A model generated the notes under the pieces. That model saw nothing but the letters and a program-made list of their open reading frames with translations, did not search any database and was not told the origin of the DNA. A stretch of 63,470 bases of DNA, filler included, from Intoshia linei (Eukaryota > Animalia > Orthonectida): the NCBI GenBank assembly GCA_001642005.1. It is 4 parts of 4 records of this genome, joined end to end, with 100 filler letters (N's around TTAATTAATTAA, not from the genome) between each part and the next. Parts side by side here need not be neighbours in the genome. Positions count along the whole stretch, not along the records: positions 24,352 to 53,264 come from LWCA01000396.1; 3 more parts are not named here. One strand, given 5' to 3'. Of this stretch, positions 25,113 through 39,100 are shown one piece after another. The position numbers and the translations under genes are program-made. Position 1 is the first letter of the stretch. Every line of letters starts with the position of its first letter.

Positions 25113-25219
25113 ACTTTACACATTAACTGTAAACACATTAAATCTTTATTTTTGTAGTTATGTTTACTTGTATCTAGAATAACGTTACTAACACACGTTT
25201 GAGATATTTTTCTATATTT

Positions 25220-26563
25220 ATGATTGATAATAATGATTTACTTAATGTTTGTAAAAGTCCACTTTGCTATGAAATAGTGACTGACAGGTGTGTTGTCTCT
25301 TTCAATAATATGTATTATTTAGAGTGCGTCTATGGGATATCTTAAACCTAGTTCCAATTGCTATAATATTTATATTTATCCTATTAAAACTTCCATCCCA
25401 TGTACGAATTTTAAAAAAACCTAGTCCAATATTCATCATTTTTTATATTTTGGTTATTTGAATTTTGAATTGTTTAAATTTATATATAGCTGAATAGCTT
25501 TATCATTTTCAGTTTTATAAAAATTGCTGTATCGATGATTACATTGGACTTTTCTACACCTAACCACACAGTAAATAGGGTAATTTTAATTTATTAAAAT
25601 TTAAAATAAAATTAGATTATATGGCTCTTGACGCGGTCTATATTAAATTTTTCAGAAATTTATATTATCATGTTTGCATTTTGTGGTACGTTGGAAATAT
25701 TTTATAATGTACATGTTAAATTCGTGTAGGTAGATTTGATAATGCCAGAAGCATGAAAATTGTACTATTCAAATCTTTGATTTTTGTGTTATTATTTATC
25801 ATATTTATGGTAATTTTTATAAATTAAATTGCAAGTTATACTGTAAATAGGCTATAGGAGAATTTTCATTCTATGATGTGCGATTTTTATTGGACAATAA
25901 ATGTGTAAATTTTGCTCATGGCGGAACAATTTACAATGCAATCTTTGGACTTATTATGGCTATTGTACTTTTTTTCAAAAAGTTTTTATATACCCTTAGA
26001 TTTATTTATGGATAATAATTTCTCGCAAGTTTAAACGAAAACGTGAAATTCCTAGTAACATTGTTTAAATTGAAAGTTATAATTGTTTTTTAGCAAAAAG
26101 TCTATTTTATTATTATTGTTCAGTGTTGTTGCTGATTCATTGTTTAAATGCTTTTGGAGCATGCATGTTTTTTTTTCATCTCAACGTGGGATTGTGGTAA
26201 TTGTTGATTTTACAAACGTTATTTGTTTTTATTTTGAAACTGTTTTTAGTGTAATTATTAGTGCTAATTTTATAATGCACACCTGCTATCCAATTCTAAT
26301 ATACCACAATTTTCTTAAATCAATAGTTCAGTAAGTCCAACTTGTTATTTATTTTTATCAAGTTTAGACGAACCACACTCATTGATCAACCAATTACTAT
26401 TGGTTGGATCGATACATTTCCTCATGAGGTAGAAAGTATTCCAATTAACCCTGACCATGTCTCTCCATGGGCGATAACCGACAAATTTACAAAGCTTCCC
26501 ATGTCCATCGACCTGGACCACCCCGATATACCTAACATGAACGAAACTGAGGCAAATATTTAA
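25220..26563 (+). CDS. TPRA1: Transmembrane protein adipocyte-associated 1 (GPR175), multi-exon
   Basis: RVRLWDILNLVP...SPIFIIFYIL; IIWLLTRS; AHGG; YPILIYHNFLK match TPRA1 TM segments. Confidence 0.85.
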
Positions 26564-26580
26564 TGTACATAACCATCTTT

Positions 26581-29500
26581 TTAATTAAAAAATTGTAATT
26601 CATATACAGTTGTTCTATCGGATGATTCTGCTTCAAACACGTTTTTATCGGCTGTTCCCTCTGAATAATATTTTTTAATGTTTTCTTTTACTTTATCCAA
26701 TTTTTCTTTCTGGGTTATAGCTATTATACATCCTCCTTTTAATAATTTTAGTTATTAAAACATTTTAGTTTTACCCCAACCGGCTCCTAGATTTTAGATA
26801 TTTTAAATTCAATTACATTAAATAGTTGTTTACCTGTTAATCTAGCTCCAAGTGCTCCGGATTTTCTTAATATAATTTTATATTTTAATTTATCTTATGA
26901 ATAATAACATTTACTACATACTGTTACTGTTAATAACTTATTAACAATGCATTGTAAACTATTGCAAATTACAATGGTTCTTAGAATCAATGATGCAATA
27001 TTATACAGAATTTATGCGACAATTTCATTAAAAAATCTCTGAATCTGAAAATACAATCTCAAAACCCCGTCACATTGGCGAAATAGAGAAAATATTTACA
27101 TGAAATAATTTTATATTCTAAGTTCAAATGAATTTAAACTTAAACTAAATTTTAAAATCGATGGTTGCAAAACTTTTTGAATTTATTCTGTTGAAACTAT
27201 TTACTTTAAATGTAAATTTATTTATCTACCTGTAATTTCAAATATTGCAATCGATATTTTTGTTTTAGGTTGATGGAATTATAATTAGTAAATGTCACAT
27301 TTAAAAATTTTTCATTTTTTAAATCGAATCTTTCATACTAGAGTTCTGCAACACGATTGAACTACAAACTTTAAAATTTCATAATTCAATAACGGCCTTG
27401 AAGTAAATGTAATCCTAACACGAGCATAACCCTTTAAAAACTGGTAAATACGATTCGAATACCATCTTGGGACCATGTTTGAACTTTGAATCGTGTTTCT
27501 GATCGTGTTACTGGAATCTAGTCTACACCGGTTAATATTTAAAAAATATATTATTCGCATGAACCTGCCCGTGGATCATATATGGACGACGGTTAATATT
27601 ACCCTTAGACCTTGAGTGACTATTCTACCATTATAGAATATAAACAATAATTTCCTATTTTTTTAATAAATTCATACATGCAATGCTTTTGCAATTTGTT
27701 CAGCTCAGGGCAACTACAATTATATAATAAATGACACGATTCGTGACCGGAATTGATAACTTGTCCCAATTTCACATATTTTTCACTTTCAGCAATTTCT
27801 TCATTCAGGCATAAATTTAAAAACTCATAGACTCTATTGCATTCGTTTATTACGTGGTTTAATCTTTCATTAGGATAATAATCATCGACTAAAAATGATA
27901 AATAAATTTTAAAATAAATAGATAACATAAAATTCAGTTTTGTATATCATCCAGACAATATAGCCCTAATCACCTCTCTAAGGGTCTTAATTTGATATTT
28001 TAAATTTAACACACCAAATGGTTTTAATAATCAAAAAAAATTAGTTTAACTTCTAAATTTGGGGAAATGAGGCCCTCGAAAGAAGGGTCCAGAAGTACGG
28101 TAGGTTCGGCTCTAGGGTCACTTAAAATACAATATCGTAATAAAGGTAATGGAAATAAAATCCGCTAAAATTTAATCTACATCAAAAACTATTAATAACC
28201 TTCTCGAGTAATATTATGATGTAATTTTGATAATAAAATATCATTGTCCAAAGAAAATTCCTCACAAAATGATGAAATTGTATATGATGAATGTTTGAAT
28301 ATGTTTGCAAGTTTAGTACCTACATGTAAAATTTCATTGATAAAATTTAAATTATGTTTAGTTTTAAGAGAATATAGAGATTCTAGTTGAGTAGATTTAT
28401 TTATATCTGCATTTTCTAATTTTACCATAATTGCCTAAACACCATTATAAGCAAAATAATTGATATATTATTACATTTGATAATTATGTATGATAAAAAT
28501 TATAATTTACAATGTAAATTTTACATGATAGTTAAAATTAGTGACTCTTAAACTGGGGTCCACGAATCTTCCAAGAGTCATGAAAATATTTCAAACGTAG
28601 TTATACCTTTTTGTGGTTTAATTAAAATTATCAATTAGTGCGATATTTATATTGTTTCAGGTTAGTTTTAGGGTAGCTTTTTACTTAAAAAATGTTTATG
28701 GTTTATTTCTATATTTCAGCAATATATTAGGACATATCATAATCATTCAAAAAATTCAATTTATCAAAATTTAAAATGGTTTAAGAGGTATTAATATAAT
28801 AAGGATCAGTCACATGCTTAGATCAATTTTGTGAGACTACAAAAAAATAAAAAATTGAATTAAATTACATTTTACATTTCGTAATTATGTCATCAGCTGC
28901 AGCATCACCAACTCAAAAAAGTTCATAAAATACAATATCAATTACAGTGTAGTAAATTACACATATTTATTAAGAACCTCTGATTTTTCATAGATTATAA
29001 TATCATACCATTGACGCTAGACGACATTCACATACTCTTGTATTGAAATTTATTGTATTTGACTTGACCATTTTTTTCATACTATTGCAAATAACAAATG
29101 TTATGTTTGGTGGTAATTGCACGTTTTTAACATTACAATAGGGGTGAAATTCGACAAATTTTGCCTAAAAATATGATTATTATAGAATTAAAATACAAAT
29201 TATAATATACGCTAAACGAGTCCAGGGTGTGTATATATAGGTATAATATATATAATTTTTAGCGGTAGCAATGATGTCAAAATTTTTCATGGACACGCGG
29301 CCAATATAGACCACTTTGTCGACCCTACTCATTCACAATATAATTTACTTTATCTTTGTCAGAAGTAAGGATTATTAGCTGGTCCATGGCTCCTCCAGAA
29401 GTTCCAATATATTTTTCCATTCTGGCACAAACTTGAACTGAATTCTAGAATATATATATATTTCACTATAAAAACTACCTTCATATGATTGATATTGCAA

Positions 29501-30349
29501 TTTTGCATTTTCATCACATAATGTTCCATCATTTTAAAAAAACCACAATTGACGGAACTGCTACTTGATAATCCAACTGCTTCCGGTAAGGTACTTGAGA
29601 CATATGTGTTCAGCCGTTTATTATTGAACTTGTTCCAATCAATACTATAAATTTCATCTACACAGGAAATACCAATAAGAGACAGATGGTACCAATCGTG
29701 TATTTCCTTCCAGTCAATCATTTTTGTTCTTTTAAGTTCTTCCTTTACATTACCCTCATAATCTCTAATCTTGATGAATACACATAATATATAATTTACG
29801 TGTATACATCCGATTCATTTCTAATACTTAACATCAATTCCCCTGACCAATCTTGTAACCCTGCAGCAATTAAAATGTACCTGGAAATTGCAATAGGAAA
29901 TACTGGGCCCTGGTTATAGTCCACGTGTTCGCCTACATTGAGTAATTTATATTATTTTTATTTAAAAGTTAAAACAGTGGTTTTCAACCTTTTTGTGTTC
30001 GCGACCCCCCTTATAAACATAAAAATTTTTCTATATACTCCAAATATCTTATCAATTCACATAAATGAAATATTAAAAAACCATATTTAGTTTTTATACT
30101 GTGTTCAAATTCTCACGACCCCCTGATAAATTTCGCAACCTCCCGGTTGAAAACCACTAAGTTAACATATTACCAATAATATTAATTCTTCCTGGAGATA
30201 ATGTAATTGTATCTGGATAGATACCATAATTATCTTTAAACTCTTGACAAGTTTTATTGGCTCTTAATTAAATAGATATGCAGAAATTATAATCTTAAAA
30301 ACTTATCCTTGAGCGCCTGCGACCAGTTGAAGCTATCAAAAGAAATCAT
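26581..30349 (-). CDS. GALK2: N-acetylgalactosamine kinase / galactokinase 2 (GHMP kinase)
   Basis: PGRINIIGEHVDY, PEAVGLSSSSS, GGAMDQ, FNTRVCECRLA, YNCSCPELN, GARLTGAGWGGC. Confidence 0.9.
29975..30159. mobile_element. hAT-type MITE in a GALK2 intron
   Basis: Near-copy of 20494-20686; TSD AGTTAA(A/C)A. Confidence 0.85.
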
Positions 30350-30405
30350 TTTAATATAAAATATTATGTTGCCAGGAATTCAATAAAATAAATCAAAATT
30401 TAGTT

Positions 30406-33400
30406 TTATTTAGAACTAAAAACACTAGTTCCTCTGATGGGATACATATTATTTGAATCTTTGTATATATTTGTGTACAATTCTTTATTGTCGGGGAATT
30501 TTGAACTTTTTGCGTTTTTGACGGATTTGTCTACTTTAATTTTAATTTCTTTTTCCAGTTTATTTATTTCCTCTGGTGTAACAAAGTCATTTTCGATCAA
30601 TACATTTTTAAACAATATTATTGGATCGTTATTTTTACGGACGTTCTGTATCTCTTCTCTAGTTCTATAACTTGTTCCAGGATCACTCATACTGTGACCA
30701 TGATATCTAAAAAGTCATTAAAATGTATATTTGTAAAATGAAAATTAACGAAGTAGGAAATACATTCTACGAAAACAGGAAATGTATGTATTCACCTATA
30801 TGTAGTCATTTCCAAAATAATGGGTCCTTTTTTATTTATACACCAATCTCTGGCCCAGCGAGTTGCTTCCAATACAGCCAATACATCCATACCATCCACT
30901 TTAATACCAGGTATATAATCTCCTCGTGTGTAGTACTCTATTGACGCAGAAGCACGATCTACACTTGTTCCCATTCCATAACCATTATTTTCGCATACAA
31001 AGACGCACGGCAATTTCCATAATTTCGCCATATTGTAAGCCTAATAAAATCGTATAAATTAAATCATATTAATAAAAGTCCACCTTTTAATGGTTTTTAA
31101 AACCAATATTGGAAATCCCAGTTTTAAAATTTAAAATAATTGTTAATAATAATAATTTTTACTTCAAAAACTTGACCTTGATTAGCTGCACCATCACCAT
31201 ACAGAGTGTAACAAACACCCTTATTTTGTTTAAGTTTCATGGCCAAAGCAACTCCGGCTCCAACAGGAACCTAATAAAATTTTATTAATAAATGTAACAT
31301 ACTAAAAAAAGAATCATCTGATACACTAGTGCTTCTCAACTTTTTTTTCGCTGTGGACCATATTTTATTCTAAAAAGTTTTGTGGACCATCATTAACAAG
31401 GTTTCGCAAATCCCGGGTAGCGGCAGAAATTATATATTAACGAATATACTTACTTTAATTTCCATAGTTATATATTTATACTAACGTTGTAAAACGAGGA
31501 ATAAAAAAAAGTAACTTGAGTGTTTCAAAGAGTAGAAATTTTGCGAGTTTCTCTTAGCCTTAGTAAAAATTAAGCTTGTATTTATATTTAGAGTACTATA
31601 TGACTTTTATTTTTTGTAAACGCTGGTAGTCGAGTTGCGCACTGCAAATAAAGATTTTCCTAAAAAATATTGAAAAATAGTTTATTATCTGAATTATCAT
31701 TGGTTGATATATCAAAATTAACAACAAATATGAATATTACACCCAATATCTTTATTTTTTGATGACTTATTTTTGAGTGAAACAGAGAAAAACGTCCAAC
31801 AGAGGTGTAACACTTGTAAGACCACACAAATTCAATGAAAAAAATATAACCCTGCCCAGTAAATAATTTTTCTAATCTTAATTTAATAGAAACTAAACTT
31901 TTTAACAATAAAACGAATACTAATTATACCTTAAACCTTAAATACACTATAAATCAACTTTTTATTCTTATTCTAATAATTAAAATATGTAAGTAAGACA
32001 ATATTTAATTGTAATTATTTATCTATTCTAAATTAAATTAGAATAGTCTAGATTCCTGTCTTCCATAATAATATTATAATACAGTGTAATACGACATAGT
32101 CGAAAATCTAAAATATATTATTAAAACAAAAAAAACCAAAAGCATAGATGAATTTATCAATTAAAAAGGATAAACCTCTGATACACATCGAGAATTACTT
32201 CCTTTCTTAAATTTGAAAGATTTTTGGAGCGATATTTTAAAATATTTAGCCTTGAGAGAGTTCGCTCAGATACCTCGTTTGTCAATCGTACGTCCAATTT
32301 CGGTTGAGATGTATATTTGTGTTAAGTATAAAAGAAATGCATTTTTTCCCCTTAAAGAGACATAATTAGTTCTTCGTACATTTTTGATTGATGTATTATT
32401 GATACACATTTTTTCCATGCATCAAACCAAATATTTAAAACAAAATTACAACATTCTGCCAAACTTATGTTTCTAAAACCCAAAATATATGCCATTAATG
32501 CTAAATTAGCGCGGATGTTCCATCTGGCATTTGACATATTTGGTAATTTCTTCCATTTAATTTTAACTTTTTTTCAATATTTTCATACAGTCTAATATAT
32601 TTGGTAGTTTTTCTAAAAAATCGGTACGTTTATTCGCTTCTCTTCTGGCAGCAATTCTGTAATCATTGAAAAAAATTTTAATTTATGTTCAATTCTCGTT
32701 TTTCCAATAATATTAAGTCCTGTTTTAACATATATTTCATGCCATTCTTATGAAACTATTCTGAAAACCTATGCTTTTTTTCCATTCAAACATAATATTC
32801 GTTGTAAGACATTTTTTCTTGATGGAATTTTATTTTTATTAAAAATACATTCAAAGTCAAAGTCAAACCTGCAGCAAAATCGATTCGACAGAAAGGCATA
32901 ATTTTATTTTTAATTAAACTGACAACCAAAATGTAAATTATTATCTAAAATTCAGATAATTCAGATGTATTCAGATTCTGAATAGATTCTTAGTAAGAAT
33001 TTCTTAGTCGTTAATATTTTGTTAGTATTATTGTTGATTATAATCAACAATCATAAATTTATACAAAATATTATTTTTTTCAATGCCTTATTTGTTATTG
33101 GTGTTTCTTACAGTGTAATTAATACAAACTATTGACTAAATTGCAATCTTATTGTACCTCAGTCATCCAGTTGATTTCTTTTCTTTATAAAAATGTAATT
33201 AATTACAGAAAATATGGCTTCAACCAACGCCATTGTTGGAAATAATATCATTGAAGATTTGTCAATTTAAAAAATATGTGGACTCAACGCAGTACCGAGC
33301 CCCCTTCGTAGATGTCTCAAAGAAATTTTTGTATTATGGGGGTCTGATTTTTCCAAATTGAGTTCCAAAAACTTTTTCTTTAAAAATTTCTTCAAATCTT

Positions 33401-36021
33401 ACATTCAAATCTTTACAAATTTTTTCCTTCCAAATTTTGACTTTACCTTTATATTTTTTAAACTTTGTAAAATAATTATGGCTTCAAGGATTGTCTTTTT
33501 AAATGTGCTTTCCATAAAATTACCAACCTTCGCCGAATATTACCCTTAAAAATCCAACTTACCTCAGTATGAAATAGAAAAATTTTTAATAATAGATATA
33601 CATTTATTATTTGTACATACATGTATTTTAAATAATATATTGAACCTCTATGACGGCTACAAAATTTTTCTGTGCACCACGTTGAGAAATACTGATATAC
33701 ATTGATTAAAATACGATAAAAACAACGCTGAAAAGGGCACGTAATGGGCATTTATATAAAATATTAGAATATTTAAAAACATTTTTTCATAAATATAATT
33801 TATAGTACCAGGTCAACCAGGAACAGAATACAGGGTAAACAGGATATATTGCCATCAAAATAAACTAATAAATGTCAATTTAAAAAATTTATATCTTCAC
33901 GGTCATAAACAACATTAGAAAATATTTTAAAAAATGGAATTTATTTATTAATCATCGGATCGTATGAGTACCAAAATTTAGAGAAAATGGATAATAAAAA
34001 CATTTAAATTACCTGTGCTCCAACAATACCATTGCCTCCCAATAACTGATTTCCATAAAAATGCATAGAACCACCTTTACCTCCAGAGGAACCATTACCC
34101 CGACCTAAAAATAATAACGAAAATTACAAAATAAATAACCCAATAATTCAGAAAAAATTGAATCCATAGCAAGTCCACACACGTATGCCCAACCATGAAC
34201 TCGATAAGCTGTGATAATAGAATCTGCACTCTCCATCGCTGCATTCATACCAACACACACAGCCTCCTAAAATATAATTTATGTCAATCGTTTTCAACCA
34301 CTTCACGTTGTGGTCTTTCAATTTTTTTTAGTCATGATTCATGAACCCATTGCTGTAAAATTAATTTACATTTTTATAAAATAAAGACAATTCAAACAGA
34401 ATTTTTTCGTAGCTGCGTTTAGATTGTATAAGTATATCCGGTGCGTCGCACCGGTTGAGACCAGAACCGTGGAGAGCCAACAGTATGCCCATTAAAAATT
34501 AAAAAAAATTTCAAAAATGAGATATTGCTTATATACATTGCTTAATTGATCGTTAATTATCTAAAAATTAAAAATAGCCGTTGAAAATTGCATTAGTTAT
34601 CGAAATTTTTGTATACTTAAGAAATTTTCCAACATTACCTATAAATTAAAAAAGTAGGCCCCTGACCCATTCTCCATGGTCCTGGTTGTGAGACACACTG
34701 CAATGGCTATTATTTACACAATCTGATTTGATATTTCTCTTTATAAATTAAATTAATCTTCTAAAATGAAAGAATTTTATAATTTTTAATATTAAAAAAA
34801 GCTTTATAAAATCTAAATTTTGATAGGGACCTCTATAGAGGTGGTCCAAATGTGCTAATAATGTCGCAAATGGCTGATTTGTGTAAATAAACGATCAAAA
34901 GGAACAAGTCATAAATAATTGTTTAAATTAAACCTTATTACGAGATTATGAACCCGATGAATACAATCAGAGGCATATAAAAATAGTATTAAACTGCGCC
35001 TATACAAAAAATTAAATCTATTTTTCAAATTATAATATTTATATTCCCCAGGATTTTGTTATGATTAAAATGTTAAAAAATCACCAACTTCAGTTAAAGT
35101 TTAAGTTAAACTTTAACTTTAACCGATTGAGGGTGCATGGACCCTTTGGGTCCAAAAATATATATTTGGGTCCCTGAAATTTAAATAAAATTTTATAAAA
35201 AATACCATTTTTTTGAAAAATCTACTTAATCAAACCAAAAAATAAAAAATGCAATTTTACCAACTCTTAATGGAAAAATTCCCCTTTTTCCAATATTTTT
35301 TTGAAAAACACGATTTTACAAATCTTATGAGAAAAAATCTTTAATTTTAATTTAATTTTTTCATAAATATTTTACATTTCATGTTTCTTTTCGGGTCTAA
35401 AAAAATAAATATTTTGAAATAGTGGTCCGTACCCTATTTGAATCGGGAATCACTGCAATAATCTAAAACATCTTTTAAATTTTTGGGTTAAAAAATCTAT
35501 AATCACCAGGGTAATTGAAATTTTTTCCAAACGAGAATAATTTTTTTTAAAATATTCTTAATTTCAATCGCGTTCGACCTTGAAATGCCCCTCTAAATAA
35601 TAAAAATACATGAACGACATTAAATCATTTACTAAATTTAATAATGAACAATTCACAATTAAAAAAAGGTACCTGTCCACTATACAGATGACAAAACCCT
35701 CTAATTTCTTTTTCCTTATATAAAGCGTTGGATGCGTTTTCCATTTTTCGAATAGTCATCATCTTAGTCAAATATTTCAATCCATTCTCCCTCGACAATT
35801 CTGTAAAGTTTGGAGGTAATTCTGCTAGGTTGTGAACCAAATAATTCTAAAAGAAATTAAAAACCAAAACGAAAAACCTAACGTTTCTAATACTAATTTC
35901 CTTGGACGGATTAGAGCTGTTATATCTGACCTGAAAAATGAATTAAAAAAAATTGAAAATCTAATACCTGATTAAATGTAGCACATTTAAAAAATGTAGA
36001 CAATCTATTGACAAATTTCAT
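30406..36021 (-). CDS. PDHA1: Pyruvate dehydrogenase E1 alpha subunit
   Basis: [74 protein letters not shown]. Confidence 0.97.
32230..32900 (-). mobile_element. Degenerate DDE (hAT-related) transposase in a PDHA1 intron
   Basis: [22 protein letters not shown] and downstream [11 protein letters not shown] (N-x-x-x-ER catalytic Glu context). Confidence 0.5.
33476..33751 (-). mobile_element. hAT Charlie/Buster-type transposase fragment in a PDHA1 intron
   Basis: [13 protein letters not shown] resembles the HTEVRWLSKG motif. Confidence 0.55.
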
Positions 36022-36161
36022 GAGCAATTACTATAAAATTGACTAAAACGTATGATATTCAAAATATTCAAAACTAATCAAATCAAATTCAAAATAAATT
36101 ATAATTTATTACGAAAATGTATTAATAAATTTCATTAAAATTATATATTTTGTACCTTGTA

Positions 36162-39100
36162 ATGAACGAAAAACTAAAATCTAATGGTAAATTGTAAATT
36201 ATAATATAGAATGTAAGCAAAGTTTAGAAATAATATCTAAAATATCGTCAAATGGAGAATACCACTTTTCTCAACATTTGAGCGTGGAAGAAAAAATGAA
36301 AAAAATAAAAATTTGTAAAAATATCGCTGAAGACTATACAAACAAATTAATGTCTGTAAAGCATCATGATTTTTTTAGTGTAGCTTTAGACACTGAAATT
36401 TTTGAAGATAAAATTATACAATTACGAGAAAAAATGGATTTATTCCGTGAAGAATCGGTAAAATTTCACAATAAAACTACAAATGGATACACTTGTTTCA
36501 AAGACTATACAAGAAATTTAGAAAACGCTCAAGAGACATTTTTTATCATTAAAGGTCTCAATACGATAATTACATTATCCAATAAATTGGATGGTTATTT
36601 TAATTTTAAAGATTTTGTCAAATCTTCAAATATTATTTGTCAAATGAATGAAATTTTTTCAAAGGACGTTTACAGAAAAATTTGTGTTATGGACAAATAT
36701 TACTCTTCAATGATATCGTGTAGAGATCATATCGAGTTGCATGTTAGAGATTCACTTTTAGATACATTTTCCAATTTGAAATTGGAATCCAAATATACGT
36801 TGCCCAAAAATGAATTTATTGTATTGTCTAATTTTAACAAGATTGATGCCTTTTTAAATCAATATTTTCAATTAAAACTTGAAAACTTTGATAATTTACT
36901 TGAAAATGATTTTTTAATTATTTCTAAACTTATTATATCAAAGCAAATTACAAGTCTAACTACAAATGAAATTATACAGTACAATATTTGTCAGGATGTT
37001 ACTGTTCAAATTAAAGAGTTGGGTTTTTTGCAACGAATCACTTGCATTATTATAGATACCATTCAAGAACTATGCAATGAAAATTACAACCTTTTCATTC
37101 CACTTTTACAGTTTTGGGAAAATAATTCAAATATTATTTATCAGCATTTAATTAAAATTGTTGATATTATTATCGATAAACACACCAATGAAAATTATTT
37201 ATCTTATCCTATTGAAATGGAATACCCATTTATTTTAAATATATTTTCCAATTTTACTAACGATTTGATTTCTGTTTTTAATTTAAAATATTTTACCGTT
37301 GAAAATTTACAAAAAAAATTTAAAAATGTTCAATGTTGCTATCTATCAAAATTAATGAATTTATTTTTTAAACCTTTAAACGACTTTTTTAATAAAGGTA
37401 TTCCAACTCAAGAAATGCTTGATGAACATTTTTCAAATTGTGAAAGGTTTTTTGTTTTTTTGATTTTATTTTTACATTTTTATTAGACTTTTGAATAAAA
37501 TTAATACTTTTGATTTGAAACAAAAAGCAAACAAATTGATATGCAAAATGCTCAACATGTATATTATTGATAAAGCGCAAGTAAATATTTATTTTGTATT
37601 GGGAGAGTCACCGCGTTAATCAGGGAAGTTTGTGGTTAATTTTTGTTTCTTCGTCAAACTAAAGGGGAACAATTGATCTATAAGTATAATTTTTTAAAAA
37701 AACTTTCTTTTTTTTTATATATATTATAAATTATGAAACGTTTTTTTAAATTACGTACATTTTATATGAATTTAAATTCAAGTAAAATGTTATCATCTTG
37801 TTTAGTTTAGTCACAACAATTTCTACAAGTCTTAGAATTTTATAAAGTCCACATTTCTATTACAGTTTTTACCGGGTGTTAGTAAGATAAATTTCAACCT
37901 TCCAAACTCACATCTTACGGGTCAAAAAGTCCAATTGTCCTTTTTTTTGAAAATCAAACGAGTTGGAGAATTTAAAAAAATATACACTCTGATACGGATT
38001 TTAAAATCATAAATATTATTATAAATTTAAATTTAAAAAAATTATATCTTCAGGGCCAAAACCCAAAATTACCCTTCTTTTTTTAATTAAAACAGCTCTA
38101 GAATTTCAAAAAATTTACAGGTGGTACAGGTGTATCCTGTTAACACACACAGAAAATTTAAATCCGAATAAATGACGACTTCACGGTCAAAAAAGCATTT
38201 TAATATTCATATATTTTTTTTTGAAATATTTTATTAAAACAAAAAATGTGAAATAATTAACGGTCCGAAAATTTAAAAAAAAGATTATTCTGATAGAATT
38301 TATTCCATTTGATTTGAATACAAAATTTCAACCCCAGAAATCTACGCATTCCCGGTGAAAAATAATTTTTAATATATTATCAACCAATATTTTTCAAATA
38401 TTTCGAATTAAAATAAAAATGAAAATGCAAATTGATCTTACAATTTCAAAAAAAAATGTGAATTGAACGTCTACAGATTTCCAATAAAGAAATATTGGTG
38501 AAAATCTATATAATTCATTCCTTCGGATTTTTTTTATTTTCAAATATTTGAGATTTTGATTTTCAAAAAATATAAAACCACTTTATTATAAAGTTTATAC
38601 TAAATTTTATTCTTAAACTACAATAACCAAGTTCTACAAAGACTTTGTCAAAGTACAACTTTGTTATTATCATTTTTATATTTATTACAATGGTTTGCAA
38701 TGGTGGTTAAATTCATCCGAAATATGTTTTTAAAGTGTTTACTCAGTTAATTATTGATACAAAATTGATATTTTTTACTTACCGTAAGCAGATACTGAAT
38801 ATAATAAATTATTATTAATAATAATAACAAAAAAATAAACATATTTTTTTTTAAAACTGCTAAAATTTAAAATCTCTTCTTAAAAAATATAAAAAAATTA
38901 AAATTGGCATGATTTGTCACATTGGTATAATAGACCAAAAAATGCTTCAAAGACTAAAAAAAGAAAAATTCCAAAATTGCTTAAAATTTGAAAAATCCCG
39001 TTAAATTTGTTTAGAGACTAAAAAATATCTTAAAACCCGTTCAAAGGTTGTTTAAAAAGAAAATTTCTAAAAACCTCTATATGGGTATAAATATATAATC

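Noticed and set aside
24917-25138. Hydrophobic minus-strand ORF (also 30437-30670, 54820-55029, 57156-57380, 59969-60220)
   Set aside because: Antisense to real exons (DDX24-like, PDHA1, amidase, WDR64, EGR)
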